Source: an uncultured bacterium
GTDB lineage: Bacteria; SAR324; NAC60-12
Length of the DNA: 15,450 nucleotides
Direction of reading: 5' to 3'
Assembly (NCBI GenBank): GCA_965662845.1
Contig: CBFIJD010000035.1
Span: 14,726 to 30,175 of the forward strand
The stretch's first letter is position 1. The number at the start of each line of letters is the position of its first letter. This document shows positions 6,884 through 15,347 of this stretch, one piece after another. A program made the translations under genes and the position numbers. The notes under the pieces are model-generated. The model made no database searches and was not told where the DNA came from. It saw only the letters and a list, made by a program, of their open reading frames with translations.

Positions 6884-7277
6884 AAATCACGAGCAAACTG
6901 CTCATGCCCCTTCAACTCTAGAAAAAATACGAAAGGTGAAACAGGGCAACAAGCTGTCAGAACAGACAAGAACATTTGGCTCAACGTATAGAAGGCTAGA
7001 TCCGAATAAACCGTCGCCTACAGTCACCCGTAGCGGTTATCGCGATTTTATTCATCCCTCTGAAGATCGGATGCTAACAGTTCGTGAACTAGCCTGCTTG
7101 CAAACATTTCCACTTGATTGGGAATTCACGGGCACACGACTTGATTCGTACAGTAGTAAAAGAAAAGTTACTATGACTCAGTTCGGCCAAGTGGGAAATG
7201 CTGTGCCTCCATTACTTGCTAAAGCAGTTGCTGAGGAAGTTAGCAGGCAATTACTGGAAGATACGGATGAAAAATAA
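6873..7277 (+). CDS. aquIMB: C5-cytosine DNA methyltransferase, beta subunit (M.AquI-beta-like; TRD part and motifs IX-X)
   Basis: YRRLDPNKPSPTVT, IHP..DRMLTVRELACLQTFP (IX), QVGNAVPP (X); own ATG, overlapping alpha by 11 nt. Confidence 0.9.
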   Translation: MDIKNHEQTAHAPSTLEKIRKVKQGNKLSEQTRTFGSTYRRLDPNKPSPTVTRSGYRDFIHPSEDRMLTVRELACLQTFPLDWEFTGTRLDSYSSKRKVTMTQFGQVGNAVPPLLAKAVAEEVSRQLLEDTDEK

Positions 7278-8217
7278 CAAATTCGTCAACAGTTCACATG
7301 ATCTTGTCACAACAAGAGATGCCCGTAGAAGCGGATTTCTGGAATACGCCCTTCGCCGCAACAAGGAATCCATTCCCTTTATTGACAAGGCAAAGGCTCT
7401 AAAAGTGTGCTTGCTGAAAAACACAAAATGCGCCGAGGACATTCTCACACTCAACAATATTCGAGAAACACTTATTGAGGCAGCAGGTGTGTCAGTAAAA
7501 GCAAAGGCATACCTTGATGATAATGATAAGAGTGAGATCCTCGCAAGTTTCATCAAAGAAGTACTTGCTCCTTGCGGGAACAAATATGTCGATGAAATCG
7601 TCTACCGGTATTTGCTGACGCTTGGAGATGCCCTTGGTGGAAAAATGCGAAATATAGTTGGGTCTATTGCAGAAGAGAAATTTGTTAGGTTTGTGGTTGC
7701 TCAATTGCAGGTACACGATATTGATTTCGAGTTATTTCCAAAACGATCGGAGTGGATTTCCAGCAAGGACTATCTAGCTGAAATGGCTGCACACACAAAG
7801 GCTCTCAGGTGGAGACACAACGCTTCCTATAGATCTCTTATCTTCAACATCAACGTTCCACAGGTCAAAAAGAACATAGATATCGTATTACTCAACAACA
7901 AAATCGACGGGGTAACAGCATCCAGTTTGACCAGTATTCTTGGCAACAAAAGCAGCTATCTAGCTATCGGTGAGCTGAAAGGTGGAATTGACCCAGCTGG
8001 AGCAGATGAGCATTGGAAGACCGCAAATACCGCCCTCGGTAGAGTTAGAGACTCATTTGATAACCAGCTCGACTTGCTATTCATTGGAGCAGCAATCGAA
8101 GAGGATATGTCGAAAGAGATTTACGAACAATGCAAGAATGGAGAACTGGACAACGCAGCAAACCTTACGGCTGACGACCAGTTGTCATCACTATGTGAAT
8201 GGCTAATAGAAAAATAG
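7267..8217 (+). CDS. Type II restriction endonuclease, AvaI/BsoBI family (predicted CYCGRG)
   Basis: Start re-called at ATG 7267 (11-nt overlap with the beta gene). DLVTT...GFLEYAL, AAGVSVKA, YRYLLTLGDALGGKMRN, KKNID and GELKGGIDPAGADEHWKT are BsoBI/AvaI signatures. Confidence 0.9.
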   Translation: MKNNKFVNSSHDLVTTRDARRSGFLEYALRRNKESIPFIDKAKALKVCLLKNTKCAEDILTLNNIRETLIEAAGVSVKAKAYLDDNDKSEILASFIKEVLAPCGNKYVDEIVYRYLLTLGDALGGKMRNIVGSIAEEKFVRFVVAQLQVHDIDFELFPKRSEWISSKDYLAEMAAHTKALRWRHNASYRSLIFNINVPQVKKNIDIVLLNNKIDGVTASSLTSILGNKSSYLAIGELKGGIDPAGADEHWKTANTALGRVRDSFDNQLDLLFIGAAIEEDMSKEIYEQCKNGELDNAANLTADDQLSSLCEWLIEK

Positions 8218-8273
8218 CCCAACAATTGCTTCCAGCGGACACGCTAATGCGCCGCTGAAGTACGGCGTTGTGC
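8217..8273 (+). mobile_element. Integron attC site (57 bp), downstream boundary of the R-M cassette
   Basis: R'' GCCCAAC overlaps the endonuclease stop, followed by a 5-nt spacer. CTTCCAGCGG (8229-8238) pairs with CCGCTGAAG (8252-8260) with one extra C. Inner CGC-TAAT-GCG, 6-nt spacer, R' GTTGTGC (8267-8273). Confidence 0.88.
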
Positions 8274-8958
8274 TTACTTGTCTGCGCTTCAGGAGAACGA
8301 GTTTTGGCAAGACATCACGCTGGAACAACTCGAAGAGCTACGGCTGCGTGTGCGCGAGTTGGTGGGGTTTCTGGACAAAAAGAAGCGCAAGATCATCTAC
8401 ACCGACTTCCAAGATGAGGTCGTAGGAGTCAGTGAACCTCAGCCTGTCTACGTCCCCAAGATGACCGGCGCGCAGTATGAGAAGAAGGTCAAAGAGTTCC
8501 TCAAGAACCATCAAGACCACTTGGTGATCCATCGACTGCGGACCAACAAACCCCTGACGGAGACAGACCTCAAAGGCTTGGAGCAAACCTTGATTGAGAT
8601 GGGGGCTGGTGAGGGTGAGGTGTTGCTCTCTGGGCTGCTGGAACGCAGCGGCGCGCCCTCGCTGATCCACTTTGTGCGCAGTCTGGTCGGGATGGACCGC
8701 GCGACGGCACAAGGTGTCTTCAGCCAATTCCTGAACAACCACCACCTCAACTCGGCTCAGATGCGCTTTGTGGAGATGGTCATCGAACAACTGACCGCAC
8801 GGGGTGTGATGGAAGCCTCTGCGCTATATGACCCACCGTTCAGTGGCATCCATGCGGGCGGCCCAGATGAGCTGTTTGCTGGCAAACAGAATGTCATAGA
8901 GGGGATCTTTGCCGTGCTGCAAGAGTTTGATCTGGAGCAGACAGCGCGGCTGGGGTGA
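8272..8958 (+). pseudogene. hsdR: Type I restriction enzyme HsdR, C-terminal fragment (EcoEI_R_C-like domain)
   Basis: YLSALQENEFWQDITLEQLEELRLRVRELVGFLDKKKRKIIYTDFQDE...IHRLRTNKPLT...FVRSLVGMDR...QMRFVEMVIEQLTARGVME..LYDPPF. No RBS or credible start; nuclease and helicase domains absent. Confidence 0.85.
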
Positions 8959-9070
8959 GCGCACCGAGCGCCCCCACACTCAGACAACTCAGACAAAAGC
9001 CCACCAATTCTTTGGATCTTTGCCTCCAAGCCTGTGAAGAGGAGGGCATCGCACCTTATCCTGAAAAGTC

Positions 9071-9084
9071 GCGATTTCTATCGC
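9071..9084. promoter_or_regulatory. Perfect palindrome GCGAT-N4-ATCGC upstream of hypF, candidate operator
   Basis: Dyad ending 43 nt before the hypF ATG, flanked by a second inverted pair AAAGTC (9065-9070)/GACTTT (9094-9099). Confidence 0.3.
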
Positions 9085-9127
9085 TAAAGCTCTGACTTTC
9101 TGAGACAACCTGAAAACACAGAAGGCT

Positions 9128-11497
9128 ATGAACGGGTTACAGTGCCGCTACACGGGGCGCGTCCAAGGAGTTGGGTTTCGTCCCACCGTTTGGAAACTCG
9201 CGACCGAGCTAGGCTTGCGCGGGCAGGTCTACAATGACCGCCGCGGGGCCGTCGTCGAAGTGTGGGGTGACAGTGTCACGTTACAGTCCTTTCAGCGGCG
9301 CTTGCCCCAAGAGCTGCCGCCCATCGCACGCCTTGACACTTGTGCAGTGACCCCGCTGAGCGGTGCAGAGCCGGCTGGTTTCTCGATCCATAAGAGCGCA
9401 GAAGAGGGGACGCCCTTTCAGGTTTTGCCAGACTTAGCGACCTGCGACGCCTGCCTGGAAGAGAGCGCCTCGCCGTGGTGTGAGCGCTACCGCTATCCGC
9501 TAACAAATTGTACGCACTGCGGGCCACGCTACTCCATTATGCAGGGCTTGCCTTACGATCGCTCCAACACGAGCCTGCGAGACTTCCCGCTGTGTGCGTC
9601 CTGCGCACAAGAGTTTGCAAATCCAGCGGATCGCCGCTTTCATGCGCAACCGATCGCCTGTCATCGCTGCGGCCCCAGAACCATCTTGGAGCGGATGGAT
9701 GGACGCGCCTTGGCGCTGGACGCGGTCCCCCAGCTCGACGACATCGACGCTGCGGCAAACTTGCTGACTCAAGGCGCGCTCGTCGCGATTCAGGGAATTG
9801 GTGGGTTCCACCTCGCCTGTGACGCGACCAGCGCCGACGCCGTGCAGCGGCTGCGAGAACGCAAACACCGAGCAGCGAAGCCCTTCGCCTTGATGGGCAG
9901 AGACCGCGCGATGATCGAGCAGTGGTGTCACGTCAGTGAAGCTGAGTGGGAACAGCTCTGCAGCCCCGTCGCGCCGATCGTGCTGCTGCGTCAACGCGAG
10001 GACGCTCCGCAGCCATTGCCGCCGTCTGTCGCGCCCGATCAAAACCGACTGGGGTGGATGGTGCCGTACACACCGCTGCATCACCTGCTGTTCCGCTGCT
10101 TGCGACGACCTTTGGTGATGACCTCCGGCAACCGCTCCAACGAACCGCAGTGCAGCACGCTTGAGGAAGCCCGCGCCCGACTGGGGCACATCGCGGACTG
10201 GCTGCTCTGGAACGAGCGCCCGATTGTGAACCGCGTCGATGACTCGGTCGTGCGTGTCGAAGGTGCGACCGTGCGCACGCTGCGCCGCGCCCGTGGATTG
10301 GCTCCCGAACCGCTGCGCCTCCCCGCCGGTTTTGAAGAGGCGCCGTCAGTGTGGGCGATGGGGGCTTCGCTGAAGAACACGTTCTGTCGGATTGTTGAAG
10401 GACACGCGCTCCTCTCTCCGCACATTGGCGACCTGCATGAAGCCCGCGCCATCGAAGACTTTGAGCACAGCCTGACGCTCTTCGAGCGCCTGTATCCGCA
10501 CCCAACGGCGCTCATCGCGACGGACTTGCACCCAGATTATCCCAGCACCCGCATAGGGGAGGCGTGGGCGCAGGAGCGAGCGTTGCCGCTGCTACGCGTC
10601 CAACATCACCACGCCCATCTGGCTGCCTGCCTCGCGGAGCACGACGTCCCGCTAGACACACCGCCTGTGCTGGGCATCCTCCTCGACGGTCTCGGTCTGG
10701 GTTCCAACGGGGAGCTGTGGGGCGGGGAGTTTCTGCTGGGGAGCTACCAAACGGTGGAACGCGTCGGTATGTTTCGTCCCACGGCGCTCCTTGGCGGCGA
10801 GCGCGCAATGCGAGAGCCGTGGCGCAACACCCTCGCCCATCTGCTGGAGCCGATGGGCTGGTCGCGCTTTCTCTTGCACTACGGCGAAGCGCTCGAGCTT
10901 GGTGCGTTCCTCCGGACTAAGCCTGTCGCGACGTTCCAGCAGATGGTGCAACAACACCGCAACGCGCCGCTCGCCAGCTCTGCCGGGCGGCTCTTCGACG
11001 CCGTCGCTGGAGCGATAGGGGTCTGTCGAGCAGCGGTCTCCTTTGAAGGACAAGCCGCGATGCGCCTGCAAGTCCTCGCAGAGCAAGCGCTGTCTCGCAC
11101 AGAACCCGACACGCTGGCGTATCCTTTCACGCTTCCCAACTGGCAGCCCAGCGGCTTGCCTTATCTCGAGCCGCTCACGATGTGGGAGGCGCTGCTGGGC
11201 GATCTGATCGTCAAGACCGACCCGGAAGTGATCGCGCTGCGTTTTCATCGAGGGTTAGCGCAGGCGCTTGTGCAGATGGCCCAACGGGTGCTACAGCTAA
11301 CCGAAGCCAAACCCCTGGCACAGACGGTCGTCCTCAGCGGCGGCGTCTTGCAAAATGAGCTGCTCGCCCAGCTGCTCGAACCACCGCTGCAAGCGCTTGG
11401 ACTACAGGTCTTGCGTCCGTCACGCATCCCGTGCAACGACGGCGGCATCAGCCTTGGACAAGCCGTCATCGCGGCAGCCCAACATCTCATACGATAA
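9128..11497 (+). CDS. hypF: Carbamoyltransferase HypF
   Basis: GRVQGVGFRP acylphosphatase domain, two CxxC-x18-CxxC zinc fingers, GIGGFHLACDA, VMTSGN, QHHHAH, DGLGLG..LWGGE, SSAGRLFD, SGGV.QN, NDGGISLGQ. Confidence 0.97.
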   Translation: MNGLQCRYTGRVQGVGFRPTVWKLATELGLRGQVYNDRRGAVVEVWGDSVTLQSFQRRLPQELPPIARLDTCAVTPLSGAEPAGFSIHKSAEEGTPFQVLPDLATCDACLEESASPWCERYRYPLTNCTHCGPRYSIMQGLPYDRSNTSLRDFPLCASCAQEFANPADRRFHAQPIACHRCGPRTILERMDGRALALDAVPQLDDIDAAANLLTQGALVAIQGIGGFHLACDATSADAVQRLRERKHRAAKPFALMGRDRAMIEQWCHVSEAEWEQLCSPVAPIVLLRQREDAPQPLPPSVAPDQNRLGWMVPYTPLHHLLFRCLRRPLVMTSGNRSNEPQCSTLEEARARLGHIADWLLWNERPIVNRVDDSVVRVEGATVRTLRRARGLAPEPLRLPAGFEEAPSVWAMGASLKNTFCRIVEGHALLSPHIGDLHEARAIEDFEHSLTLFERLYPHPTALIATDLHPDYPSTRIGEAWAQERALPLLRVQHHHAHLAACLAEHDVPLDTPPVLGILLDGLGLGSNGELWGGEFLLGSYQTVERVGMFRPTALLGGERAMREPWRNTLAHLLEPMGWSRFLLHYGEALELGAFLRTKPVATFQQMVQQHRNAPLASSAGRLFDAVAGAIGVCRAAVSFEGQAAMRLQVLAEQALSRTEPDTLAYPFTLPNWQPSGLPYLEPLTMWEALLGDLIVKTDPEVIALRFHRGLAQALVQMAQRVLQLTEAKPLAQTVVLSGGVLQNELLAQLLEPPLQALGLQVLRPSRIPCNDGGISLGQAVIAAAQHLIR

Positions 11498-11516
11498 CCC
11501 CGCACAGGAGCACCCT

Positions 11517-11810
11517 ATGTGTTTAGGTATCCCCGGTCAGGTAGAGACCATCTTTGACGCGCAGAAGAAGCTGGCGACGGTCAACGTCGGCGGACTGAGG
11601 CGCCCCGTCAACTTGGCCTGTCTCCAAAATGACGTCACCGATCTGGAAGAGCTGGTCGGCGAGTGGGTGTTGGTGCACGTCGGCTTCGCGATGAGCCGCA
11701 TCAACGAGGAGGAAGCCCAGCGCACGCTTGAGCTGTTAGCCGAGCTGGGAGAGCTACAAGAAAGCTGGGCACAGTCGCAACCAGCCGAACCTCGGCGAGC
11801 GGCCGGATGA
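11517..11810 (+). CDS. hypC: Hydrogenase maturation chaperone HypC
   Basis: Start re-called at ATG 11517 (AGGAG RBS); MCLGIPG N-terminus, VGEWVLVHVGFAM. Confidence 0.96.
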   Translation: MCLGIPGQVETIFDAQKKLATVNVGGLRRPVNLACLQNDVTDLEELVGEWVLVHVGFAMSRINEEEAQRTLELLAELGELQESWAQSQPAEPRRAAG

Positions 11811-11849
11811 GCCCGCAACATTGCAACCCTACCCTTCGAGGAAGCTAGC

Positions 11850-12989
11850 ATGAAATACGTCACTGAATTTCGCGACCCCAAGAAGGCCCAAGGCGTGATG
11901 CGCCACATCGAGCAGCTGACGCGAGAGCTTGGCGCGACCCCAGAGCAACCGGTGCGCCTGATGGAAGTCTGCGGCGGGCACACCCACACCATCTTCAAGT
12001 TTGGGCTCGAAGAGCTGCTACCAGAGGGCATTGACCTGATTCACGGGCCCGGCTGCCCCGTGTGCGTGCTCCCGATGAGCCGCGTGGATGACTGCGTCGC
12101 CATCGCCGCACGCGAAGATGTCATCTTGACGACCTTCGGTGACGCGATGCGGGTCCCCGGTTCGCGCATGAGCCTGCTGCAAGCCAAAGCGGCCGGACAC
12201 GACATCCGCATGGTGTACTCGCCGCTGGACGCGCTCCAGCTTGCCCGCGACAACCCCGCCCGCAACGTCGTGTTCTTCGGGTTGGGTTTTGAAACGACCA
12301 TGCCCAGCACCGCCTTCACCGTTCTGCAGGCGCGCGACGAAGGCATCGGCAACTTCTTCTTGTTCTGCAATCACATCACGATCCTCCCGACGCTACGGGC
12401 GATTCTGGAGGACAACGACTTGCGCCTCGACGGGTTCATCGGTCCTGGGCACGTGAGCATGATCATTGGTACCGAGGGCTACGACTTCATCGCGTCAAAA
12501 CACGGCAAACCGTTGGTCGTCGCCGGCTTTGAGCCGCTAGACATCTTGCAGTCCGTGTCAATGCTGCTGCAACAGCTCCGCGACCAACGCAGCGTCGTCG
12601 AGAACCAATACACGCGCGTCGTCCCACCTCACGGAAACGCGGCGGCGTTGGCGGCGATGGAGCAGGTCTTCCGGGCGCGTGAGCAGTTCGAGTGGCGTGG
12701 GCTCGGCTCGATCCCCGAATCTGGGGTCGAAATGCAGGAAGAGTTCGCGGCGTTTGACGCAGAGAAGGTCTTCGCGCTGCCAGACCTCCCCGTAGTCGAT
12801 CCCGCAGAGTGTCAGTGCGGGGACGTCCTCAAAGGACGCCTCAAACCGTGGCAGTGCCGCGTGTTCGGCAAGGCGTGCACTCCCGATCAACCCTTGGGCG
12901 CGTTGATGGTCTCTTCCGAAGGCGCTTGTGCGGCTTACTACCATTATGGCTCGCAGTGGCGCGAGCGCGTCGAAGAGGCGACCGCATGA
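11850..12989 (+). CDS. hypD: Hydrogenase formation protein HypD
   Basis: MEVCGGHT, HGPGCPVCV, GFETT, PGHVS, C-terminal Fe-S cysteines, MVSSEGACAAYY. Confidence 0.98.
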   Translation: MKYVTEFRDPKKAQGVMRHIEQLTRELGATPEQPVRLMEVCGGHTHTIFKFGLEELLPEGIDLIHGPGCPVCVLPMSRVDDCVAIAAREDVILTTFGDAMRVPGSRMSLLQAKAAGHDIRMVYSPLDALQLARDNPARNVVFFGLGFETTMPSTAFTVLQARDEGIGNFFLFCNHITILPTLRAILEDNDLRLDGFIGPGHVSMIIGTEGYDFIASKHGKPLVVAGFEPLDILQSVSMLLQQLRDQRSVVENQYTRVVPPHGNAAALAAMEQVFRAREQFEWRGLGSIPESGVEMQEEFAAFDAEKVFALPDLPVVDPAECQCGDVLKGRLKPWQCRVFGKACTPDQPLGALMVSSEGACAAYYHYGSQWRERVEEATA

Positions 12990-13999
12990 GCGACCCACGC
13001 GACACGATCACGTTGGCCCATGGTGGCGGCGGACGAGCGACCCGCGAGCTGATTGAGAGCGTCATCCTCAAACACTTTGGCAGACCCGATGAGAGAGGCC
13101 TGCAAGATCACGCAGAGCTGGCCTTCGAGGGGCGACTGGCTTTCACAACAGACAGCTTTGTCGTGCAGCCGCTCTTCTTCCCAGGCGGCGACATTGGCAA
13201 ACTCGCGGTCAACGGGACGGTCAACGACCTGTCCGTCAGCGGGGCGACCCCCAAAGTCTTGAGCTGCGGATTGATCATCGAAGAGGGGCTGTCTCGCGTG
13301 ACGCTGGAGCGTGTGATGGAGTCTATGGCAACAGCCGCCACAGAAGCTGGCGTGTCCATCGTGACAGGTGACGTCAAGGTTGTGGAGAGAGGCGCCGCCG
13401 ATCAATTATTCATCAACACGGCCGGCATTGGGGTCTTGCGCGAGAACGTCCAGATCGCGTCGTGGCGAGCAGCCGTTGGCGACGCCATCTTGGTCAGTCA
13501 TTACTTGGGAGAACACGGCGCCGCCATCGTGGACGCGCGCGGAGAACTCTCGTTAGAGATTCCGGTGGAGAGCGATTGCCGTCCCCTCAATGGGCTCATC
13601 ACAGCGATGCTCGACGCTTGCCCTCACATGCACTGCCTGCGCGACGCAACGCGTGGCGGCATCGCGACCGTGCTGAATGAGTTCGCGCAAGACTCTGGCG
13701 TTGGCATTCGCTTAGAAGAGCAAGCGCTCCCCATCCGTGAAGTCGTGCACGGCGTCTGCGAAGTGCTCGGGCTTGACCCGCTGTATCTCGCGAATGAAGG
13801 CACCCTGATCGCGGTGGTCTCCGAAGCCCACGCGGCAGCGGTCCTCCAAGCCATGCGACAGCACCCCGCTGGCGCACACGCGCAGCGCATTGGCACCGTC
13901 ACCGAGAAGCCCAAAGGGCGCGTCCTCTTGCAGACGAGCTTTGGCGGCGAGCGAGTGGTGGATGTGCTCTACGGCGAACAGCTTCCGCGCATTTGCTGA
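12986..13999 (+). CDS. hypE: Carbamoyl dehydratase HypE
   Basis: Start re-called at ATG 12986 (ATGA overlap); ITLAHGGGG, FTTDSFVV, GTVNDL, RDATRGG, ANEG, C-terminal PRIC. Confidence 0.97.
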   Translation: MSDPRDTITLAHGGGGRATRELIESVILKHFGRPDERGLQDHAELAFEGRLAFTTDSFVVQPLFFPGGDIGKLAVNGTVNDLSVSGATPKVLSCGLIIEEGLSRVTLERVMESMATAATEAGVSIVTGDVKVVERGAADQLFINTAGIGVLRENVQIASWRAAVGDAILVSHYLGEHGAAIVDARGELSLEIPVESDCRPLNGLITAMLDACPHMHCLRDATRGGIATVLNEFAQDSGVGIRLEEQALPIREVVHGVCEVLGLDPLYLANEGTLIAVVSEAHAAAVLQAMRQHPAGAHAQRIGTVTEKPKGRVLLQTSFGGERVVDVLYGEQLPRIC

Positions 14000-14000
14000 C

Positions 14001-14330
14001 ATGCACGAGCTTGGGATCACACGCAACGTCGTCGCCATTGTCGAAGAGCACGCCGGCGGGCAGCGCGTCACACGAGTCACGCTCGAAATTGGCAAGCTCA
14101 GCGGAGTGATGGCCGAAGCCATACTCTTCTGTTTCGACGTCTGCACTCAAGGCACCTTACTCGAAGGCGCAGCGCTCGAGATCTGGGAACCCGCCGGCGA
14201 GGTCACCTGTCGCCGCTGCGGCAAGGAATTTACTGTGCAGCGACCTTACGAACTCTGCGCCTGCGGCTCGGCGGCGCTAGACGTTCGCTCTGGCGCTCAA
14301 CTCAAAGTCAAAACGATGGAGACCGTCTGA
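14001..14330 (+). CDS. hypA: Nickel metallochaperone HypA
   Basis: Start re-called at ATG 14001; MHE N-terminus, IGKLSGV, CRRC and CAC zinc ligands. Confidence 0.96.
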   Translation: MHELGITRNVVAIVEEHAGGQRVTRVTLEIGKLSGVMAEAILFCFDVCTQGTLLEGAALEIWEPAGEVTCRRCGKEFTVQRPYELCACGSAALDVRSGAQLKVKTMETV

Positions 14331-15157
14331 TGTGTACTACTTGCGGCTGTTCGAGCAGCGCTCACACCTCCCTCACACACCTCGCGGCTGGCGCGACGGG
14401 GCACACGCACCTCCACGGTGAGAGTCACCAGCACCACCATGAACACGCGCATGAGCACGCCCAGGCTCCCCACCACGAACACGCGCATGAGCATCACCAC
14501 CACAACGCGCAGAAGATCATCTCCTTAGAAGCCGACCTGCTCGCCAAGAACGATCACCTCGCGGCGCACAACCGCGCTTGGTTTGCAGCGCGCAAGATCC
14601 TCACGCTCAATCTGGTGAGCTCCCCAGGTTCCGGCAAAACGACGCTGCTCGAACGCACGCTGCGCGACCTCCACGGAGAGCGCCCACTGGCCGTCGTGGA
14701 AGGCGACCAAGCCACGCTCAACGACGCGGAGCGCATTCGCGCAACAGGATGTGACGTGATCCAGATCAACACGGGAACCGGCTGCCACTTGGAAGCCGAG
14801 ATGCTCCGCAACGGCGTCGAACAGCTCCATTTGCAAGACGGTTCGCTGCTGTTTGTGGAGAACGTCGGCAACTTGGTGTGTCCTGCGCTGTTTGACCTGG
14901 GCGAGCGGGCGAAGGTCGCGATCCTCTCGGTGACCGAAGGAGAAGACAAGCCGCTGAAGTATCCACACATGTTCCGCGCTTCGCAGCTCATGCTCCTCAA
15001 CAAAATCGATCTGCTGCCTCACCTACAATTTGACGTCGAGCGCTGCCTAGACGCCGCACGGCAGGTCAACCCTCACCTTGAGATTGTGCAACTCTCGGCG
15101 CAAACCGGCGAGGGCTTGGACGCCTGGTATGACTGGTTACGGCGGCAGGCGCCGTGA
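14330..15157 (+). CDS. hypB: Nickel-insertion GTPase HypB with His-rich linker
   Basis: MCTTCGC, His-rich stretch, SSPGSGKTT, EGDQ, GCHL, ENVGNLVCP, EGEDKPLKYP, NKID; TGATG overlap with hypA. Confidence 0.98.
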   Translation: MCTTCGCSSSAHTSLTHLAAGATGHTHLHGESHQHHHEHAHEHAQAPHHEHAHEHHHHNAQKIISLEADLLAKNDHLAAHNRAWFAARKILTLNLVSSPGSGKTTLLERTLRDLHGERPLAVVEGDQATLNDAERIRATGCDVIQINTGTGCHLEAEMLRNGVEQLHLQDGSLLFVENVGNLVCPALFDLGERAKVAILSVTEGEDKPLKYPHMFRASQLMLLNKIDLLPHLQFDVERCLDAARQVNPHLEIVQLSAQTGEGLDAWYDWLRRQAP

Positions 15158-15347
15158 GCGACCAAGCGGACAAGCTGGTGGTTGCGTTCCCCCCTTCGCG
15201 CGCTCGTCCTTCCGGTGAAACCTTGGGGGATTGGGGGCGCTCGCCGCGCTCGCGACAGTTCGCAATCCCTGACGCGAAGCGCAGCGGTCTGTCGTCGCTG
15301 GCGGTTCCACTCGGCAGGCACCGTCTTGTCTCCATAGAAGAGGCCGC

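Noticed and set aside
8278..8958. Independent 226-aa gene or second integron cassette
   Set aside because: It is a C-terminal HsdR domain with a TTG pseudo-start, no RBS and no attC after its stop.
14435..14493. 23-bp duplication (36-nt period) in hypB
   Set aside because: Real, but it only encodes the ordinary His-rich nickel-binding linker of HypB.
15316..15330. Sigma-54 promoter (GGCAC...TTG) before the protease
   Set aside because: The spacing is one base short and the -12 GC is missing.
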